A model generated the notes under the pieces. It worked only from the letters and a program-made list of their open reading frames with translations. It did not search any database and was not told where the DNA came from. Made by a program: the position numbers and the translations under genes. Below are positions 26,143 through 31,254 of a stretch of DNA of 31,254 bases, piece by piece. The stretch covers positions 1 to 31,254 of the forward strand of contig JBBCAX010000041.1 in the NCBI GenBank assembly GCA_051382335.1, in the 5' to 3' direction. Position 1 is the first letter of the stretch, and each line of letters begins with the position of its first letter. The stretch comes from Deltaproteobacteria bacterium TL4 (GTDB lineage: Bacteria > SAR324 > NAC60-12).

Positions 26143-27183
26143 TTAAAATTGCCATCCCATGGCCACGTATTGAGCACCGCTCGTCTTAGGATTAGTAGGG
26201 GCGGGTTGAAAACTTAACTGGTAAAAATTAAACGTTAATTTTTCTCCCACGGTTGCTTTTAATCCAAACTTAACAAAAACCGGAGAGGAAATGGGGGTCA
26301 CAAACAAATTCCCAACGCCAAGCACCGCGTCCAATGCGCCACGAACCCCGGGGAATCGCCATTCATAAGCAACCGTACCATCCACAAGAAGTCCATCAAG
26401 TCCGTCACTCAAGCGGATGTCCAAATTCGAGTTATCATCGGTTAAAAAGGCCACCGTTCCCGAAAATAACCAACTTTCAGAGATTCTTTGCGCGAACTCC
26501 ACACCAAAGATGAAAGCGGAATGTTCCACTTGTTGGGTCGCTTTATCAGAAACGCCATCTCCGTTCTGATCCACCCGTTCGCCCGCGACGGTTTTGGTAT
26601 AAGTCACTTCGATCGGAATGTTCAATTTTCCGAAAAATCCATTCGTATATTGAACCTTGCCCCCGGGATCCCCGGTAATGATCTCAGAAAATACGATTTT
26701 GCCGTCTTTGGCCTCATAAGCCGCCAAGGTCATGGAGAGTTGATCCTGGCTCATGAAAATACCGATATCCAGAAAACCTTGAACATTCAACTCTGCGGCC
26801 TTTGTTCTTCGGTAATCTTCATCAGCGATCCCCCGACTCACTTTTAAATAATTCCCACGAATTTCACTTCGAATCTGACTGCACTCCTGGCATCGGCTCA
26901 CCGTTAGATAGTTATCCCGGGTCAACAGGTCATACAGCCTTGAGACCAAAACTTTTTGAAGGTCGGTTTTGATGTTTTCATCGACAGTCGTTGAGGAAAT
27001 CGCAACCGATTCAATCCGCTGACGCAAACGCCCAATCGCTTCCAACAACAGCGGAGTCATTTTTTCCAATTGAGCAATCTCACGATCTTCCCAGAAAATA
27101 GTCGACTTCGTCTGCTCCTTTCCCATTGCGGAGAAATTCACACCGAGGAAACCAATCATAAACAACACTGCAATTTTCTTCAT
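26143..27183 (-). CDS. Putative outer-membrane protein: periplasmic alpha/beta domain plus C-terminal beta-barrel
   Basis: Signal peptide MKKIAVLFMIGFLGVNFSAMG from ATG 27183 (GTG 27246 also possible); alternating amphipathic strands in the C-terminal half; ends YVAMGWQF (terminal Phe beta-signal). Confidence 0.62.
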   Translation of the reverse strand: MKKIAVLFMIGFLGVNFSAMGKEQTKSTIFWEDREIAQLEKMTPLLLEAIGRLRQRIESVAISSTTVDENIKTDLQKVLVSRLYDLLTRDNYLTVSRCQECSQIRSEIRGNYLKVSRGIADEDYRRTKAAELNVQGFLDIGIFMSQDQLSMTLAAYEAKDGKIVFSEIITGDPGGKVQYTNGFFGKLNIPIEVTYTKTVAGERVDQNGDGVSDKATQQVEHSAFIFGVEFAQRISESWLFSGTVAFLTDDNSNLDIRLSDGLDGLLVDGTVAYEWRFPGVRGALDAVLGVGNLFVTPISSPVFVKFGLKATVGEKLTFNFYQLSFQPAPTNPKTSGAQYVAMGWQF

Positions 27184-27420
27184 TCTACCTTTCTCTGTCT
27201 GTACCCATGCCAATGTGAGTTTTGTTTGAGAAATTGCAATTCGCACACCAACCCCTTTCTTCTTGTATTTCTCTTTGCAAATTAAATGTCAACTATGTTT
27301 TTATATTTTTTATATTTTTGCTAGAAATACGACAACGATCATGTTAAACGAAAACCAGTGTCATGTAACAATGACTTTTTCATGCGATGATTTTGACAAT
27401 CCTCATTCGAAGGTTGAACG

Positions 27421-28869
27421 ATGAATAAAGAGGTTCAAATAAAAAAATTAAAAAAAGCCATGAAAACCGCAAACAGTTACGAGCAATGGCTTGAGTACGC
27501 AAAAAACCTGGATCACCTTGAGGGGAAAGATCTCTGGAGAGCGCAAGATGAATCTGAATTTTACCATCCTGACCTAATTCAGCAGCATCTTCAAAAAATA
27601 CGTCAATACCTCGAAGATAAAGATTTTGAAGGACTTTCCCACATTCTTCATGAAAGCTTATACCGAAACCTGGCGGAAATCAGCAGTCCTGAGCTTTATC
27701 AATACGCACATGCCGGCACCAAGCATTTGATTACGGAATACCTTGAGGTTATAGAAACCGCCATGATGTTCCTTTGTGACTGTGACGTCCCACACATCAG
27801 CCTTGACCAAAAACTTCACCTCTTCACACAAGCGCAGCATAACTTTGGGAGAACCGCTCTCATGTTGAGTGGAGGAGCCTCTTTTGGGATTTATCATCTG
27901 GGCGTAGTCAAGAGTCTGTGGGAGCAAAAACTCCTGCCTAAAATCATTTCCGGCGCAAGCATGGGTTCCATTGTCGCGGCAGGAATTTGCAGTCGATCTG
28001 ATGCGGAGCTGGATGATTTTTTCCTGCATCCTGAACGCATTCACAGAATTGCCCTGAAACGCTTGAAACTTTCCGAAATCATTCAACAACGAATGATGAT
28101 GGACCCCGAACAATTGATGGAACACATTGAGGAGAATGTTGGAATCTATACTTTCAAGGAAGCGTTTGAGCGCTCCGGACGTGTCCTCAACATCACGGTA
28201 TCGCCCACACGATCCCGCCAAAAGCCGAGAGTCTTGAATCACCTCACCGCGCCTGATGTGATTATTGCCTACAGTGCTTTGGCCTCTTGCGCCATTCCAG
28301 GAGTTTTTCCTCCCGTTTCATTAATGGCCAAGGTCAGTAGCGGAGAAAAACTGCCTTACATGCCCACTGAAAAATGGATAGACGGTTCGGTCCACAGCGA
28401 CTTACCCCTGCTGCGTATTAGCCGACTGCACAATGTGAATCACTCGATTGTGAGCCAGGCAAACCCCCATGTTTTACCCTTCATTACTCACCGTCGAAAA
28501 AAAGGAATGCTCCCTTTCGCAAAACACGTTGCCTCCTCTTTCGTTCACGCACGAACCACCGAAACACTCGAAATCGCGAGAGATGTCTGGCAGGATTCAC
28601 CTTGGCGTCTGCTTTTGGATAAAGCGTATGCCATGGCAAAACAAACCTATCTCGGAGATATCAACATTCAATTTCCTTTTAACCCCTTGATGTATCGGAA
28701 AATCGCCTCAAATCCAGACTTGGAGGGAATCCATGCGTATATCTCCCTCGGAGAACATGCAACCTGGCCGCAAATTTCAATCATTCAAGACCAGACTCGA
28801 ATTAGCAGGACTTTCGAAAGCTGTATTCAAAAATTAAATGAGCGGGTCCACAAAGAAACAAAATCTTGA
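27421..28869 (+). CDS. Patatin-like phospholipase/triacylglycerol lipase with DUF3336-type N-terminus
   Basis: SYEQW...LDHLEG...W N-terminal motif; FGRTALMLSGGASFGIYHLGV, GASMG (GxSxG), LTAPDV, WIDGS. Confidence 0.9.
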   Translation: MNKEVQIKKLKKAMKTANSYEQWLEYAKNLDHLEGKDLWRAQDESEFYHPDLIQQHLQKIRQYLEDKDFEGLSHILHESLYRNLAEISSPELYQYAHAGTKHLITEYLEVIETAMMFLCDCDVPHISLDQKLHLFTQAQHNFGRTALMLSGGASFGIYHLGVVKSLWEQKLLPKIISGASMGSIVAAGICSRSDAELDDFFLHPERIHRIALKRLKLSEIIQQRMMMDPEQLMEHIEENVGIYTFKEAFERSGRVLNITVSPTRSRQKPRVLNHLTAPDVIIAYSALASCAIPGVFPPVSLMAKVSSGEKLPYMPTEKWIDGSVHSDLPLLRISRLHNVNHSIVSQANPHVLPFITHRRKKGMLPFAKHVASSFVHARTTETLEIARDVWQDSPWRLLLDKAYAMAKQTYLGDINIQFPFNPLMYRKIASNPDLEGIHAYISLGEHATWPQISIIQDQTRISRTFESCIQKLNERVHKETKS

Positions 28870-28889
28870 CAAAAAAGATATATTTACCT

Positions 28890-30920
28890 TCAGCCCCGAC
28901 GCTTTCCATACGCCCTGTTCCTGCCTTCTGTGCCTTTAGGTTGATAGAGAGGGATCAGGTGTTTTTTGCCGTTGCCGATCAAATCCTCTCGCCCCAGGCG
29001 AATCAAGGTTTCCCGCAATAAGGGCCAGTTGTGGGCATCATGATAACGGAGGAAGGCTTTTTGCAGACGACGTTGTTTGAGTCCTTTGGGAATATACACC
29101 TCCTCACTCTCACGATGAACCAGATGAAGCGGATTTTTCGAGCTATAGTACATGGCGGTGGCCAAAGACATAGGGGTGGGCAAAAAGGATTGAACCTGAT
29201 CCGCTCGCAACCCATTTTGTTTCAGCCAGACAGCCAATCGCAGCATATCCTCATCGGTGGTGCCGGGATGAGCCGCGATGAAATAGGGGATGAGATACTG
29301 TTCCTTTCCCGCTTGCAGGGAATATTTGTCAAACAGTTCCTTGAAGCGGGTGTACGCGGCAATTCCCGGTTTCATCATTTTATCCAAGGGCCCGCTTTCC
29401 GTATGTTCAGGAGCAATTTTCAAATAGCCGCCCACATGATAGGTTACGAGTTCCTTGATATATTCCGGAGCTTCGACAGCCAGGTCATAACGGACTCCGG
29501 AACCAATCGTGATTTTTTTGACACCCTTCACCTGACGTGCCTTACGATACAAGTCGATCAGGGGCGCGTGGTTGATATTCAAATTGGAACAAATACGAGG
29601 ATGCAGGCAAGAAAGGCGACGACAAACGGCTTCGATGGCACTACTTTGACAATGCAAACGATACATATTCGCGGTTGGTCCGCCGAGATCAGAAATCATC
29701 CCGGTAAATCCAGGAACCGTATCGCGAATGATTTCAATCTCCCGCACAACCGATTCTGGAGAACGATTCTGAATAATCCGTCCTTCATGTTCCGTAATGG
29801 AGCAAAAGGCACAGCCGCCAAAACAACCACGGGAAATGATGATAGAAAAACGAATCATTTCATAGGCAGGAATCTTTTCTCCCGCATAACAGGGGTGAGG
29901 TTGACGGGTATAAGGCAAGGCGAACACTCGATCCATTTCTGCCATAGTTAAAGGCAGCGGTGGTGGATTGATCCATAGTTCACGCTGGCCATGCTTTTGT
30001 ACCAAAACCCTGGCGTTTCCAGGGTTAGACTCCAAATGCAGATGACGTGAAGCGTGCGCATAAAGCGCTCGGTCTTCAACGAGTTGTTCGTAGGAAGGGA
30101 GACGCACATATATTTTTTGATCGGTGTTTTCCTTCCTGACGGGTTGAGGTGCCCCCGAGGAAGAGGGGGTGGCTTCAACAGGCGAAAGCTTGCTGGTTTT
30201 GACTGCGGGAGGCTCCATTCGGGATCGATCCACTTCCGTCCAGCCTTCAGGAATTTCAGAAAGAGCCAGAACCGTTCCTCTCAAATCACTGATGCTCTGA
30301 ACCGCTTCACCTGACGCCATGCGATAAGCTAACTCAACAACAGCTCGCTCCGCATTCCCATAGAGAAGGATATCCGCCTTGGCATCCAACAAAATGGAGC
30401 GTCGGATCTTTTCCGACCAATAATCAAAATGAGCGACCCTCCGCAGGCTGGATTCAATACCTCCAATCACGACAGGTACTTTGGGATAAGCTTCCCTGCA
30501 ACGTTGGGAATAAACAATCACCGCGCGATCAGGACGTTTGCCACTCAGCCCTCCCGGAGTGTAAGCGTCATCACTTCTGATTTTACAGTCAGAGGTATAG
30601 CGATTGACCATGGAGTCCATATTACCCGCCGTAACGCCAAAAAACAAATTCGGACGTCCCAGCACCCTAAAACTTTTGACATTCTGCCAATCCGGCTGTG
30701 AAATAATCCCCACCCTGAACCCGTGCGCTTCCAACAAACGTCCAATCACCGCCATCCCGAAACTGGGATGATCCACATAGGCATCGCCGGTGACCAGGAT
30801 GATATCACAGCTATCCCATCCGAGTTGAGCCATTTCTTCGACGGACATCGGCAATACAGGGGCTATGCCAAAACGAGAAGCCCAATAAGGACGGGACAAA
30901 AACAAGGAATGTTTTTCCAT
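28890..30920 (-). CDS. ygiQ: YgiQ family (UPF0313) radical SAM protein
   Basis: [29 protein letters not shown] (CxxxCxxC), [37 protein letters not shown]. Confidence 0.93.
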   Translation of the reverse strand: MEKHSLFLSRPYWASRFGIAPVLPMSVEEMAQLGWDSCDIILVTGDAYVDHPSFGMAVIGRLLEAHGFRVGIISQPDWQNVKSFRVLGRPNLFFGVTAGNMDSMVNRYTSDCKIRSDDAYTPGGLSGKRPDRAVIVYSQRCREAYPKVPVVIGGIESSLRRVAHFDYWSEKIRRSILLDAKADILLYGNAERAVVELAYRMASGEAVQSISDLRGTVLALSEIPEGWTEVDRSRMEPPAVKTSKLSPVEATPSSSGAPQPVRKENTDQKIYVRLPSYEQLVEDRALYAHASRHLHLESNPGNARVLVQKHGQRELWINPPPLPLTMAEMDRVFALPYTRQPHPCYAGEKIPAYEMIRFSIIISRGCFGGCAFCSITEHEGRIIQNRSPESVVREIEIIRDTVPGFTGMISDLGGPTANMYRLHCQSSAIEAVCRRLSCLHPRICSNLNINHAPLIDLYRKARQVKGVKKITIGSGVRYDLAVEAPEYIKELVTYHVGGYLKIAPEHTESGPLDKMMKPGIAAYTRFKELFDKYSLQAGKEQYLIPYFIAAHPGTTDEDMLRLAVWLKQNGLRADQVQSFLPTPMSLATAMYYSSKNPLHLVHRESEEVYIPKGLKQRRLQKAFLRYHDAHNWPLLRETLIRLGREDLIGNGKKHLIPLYQPKGTEGRNRAYGKRRG

Positions 30921-30972
30921 AAAATATAAAAAAGGGGTTGTAAAAATATAGCTGTCCAGGAAAGTTTTTTCC

Positions 30973-31026
30973 CTGGGAGCGAGGGCATCTTGCCCTCACC
31001 GGAGGGCGGGACGCCCTCGCTCCCAG
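30973..31026. repeat. REP-like 54-nt palindromic element, copy 2 (inverted relative to copy 1)
   Basis: ctgggagcgagggcatcttgccctcaccggagggcgggacgccctcgctcccag: perfect outer inverted repeat and two inner hairpins, intergenic upstream of ygiQ. Confidence 0.8.
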
Positions 31027-31254
31027 GACAAAACTTATCTTGAGCACTATACTTGAGGGATAGGGAGGGATCCGACAGCCCCTTAGTATCGGATTTCCAT
31101 TGAAAATCCCAAGACATTTATTAGACATCTTTCCAAAATAAAACCTGGATTTTGCGGGTTTGCTGGCATCCTCCTCCTTTACAGCTTTTCAGCATTTCAA
31201 ATACATTGTAAGGAGGACCAATAAGCTGCTTTGATCAACTGAGAACCCAAAAAC

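Noticed and set aside
27262..27292. Sigma-70 promoter for the motor cluster (TTGACA on the minus strand)
   Set aside because: No convincing -10 hexamer at 16-18 nt.
27658..28242. 194 aa minus-strand ORF
   Set aside because: Antisense shadow of the patatin gene.
29031..29951. 306 aa plus-strand ORF
   Set aside because: Fully antisense to the well-conserved ygiQ, with no recognisable motifs; a shadow ORF.
30811..31128. Short ORFs 30811..31128, 30863..31117 and 2574..2795
   Set aside because: They run through the REP-like palindromes and overlap real genes; typical spurious translations.

Overview
Bacterial chromosomal window (moderate GC, no rRNA, tRNA, CRISPR or transposase seen). The left half holds housekeeping and signalling genes: metA, a metY-type sulfhydrylase, an FAD oxidoreductase, a hybrid kinase, a CBS protein, an IMPDH/GMPR-family gene that looks more like a CBS-type GMP reductase, a REC-PP2C phosphatase, a CHASE2 adenylate cyclase, a REC-cNMP histidine kinase and amrB. 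The main feature is a tightly coupled minus-strand cluster (about 27.2 to 15.35 kb) that looks like a non-flagellar rotary motor built from flagellar parts. In order it encodes a putative outer-membrane beta-barrel, two exported TPR proteins with FliF-like ring domains, a natural fusion of a FliF-like ring domain, a TM helix and FliG, a PomA/MotA-like stator with a periplasmic insertion, a short PomB/MotB apparently lacking the plug, and two paralogous lipoproteins with 6 and 5 Calx-beta-like repeats. No FliM/FliN, export gate, rod, hook or flagellin genes are in the window. A patatin lipase, a YgiQ radical SAM gene and two copies of a covarying 54-nt REP-like palindrome complete it. All domain calls are by-eye motif recognition; no searches were run.
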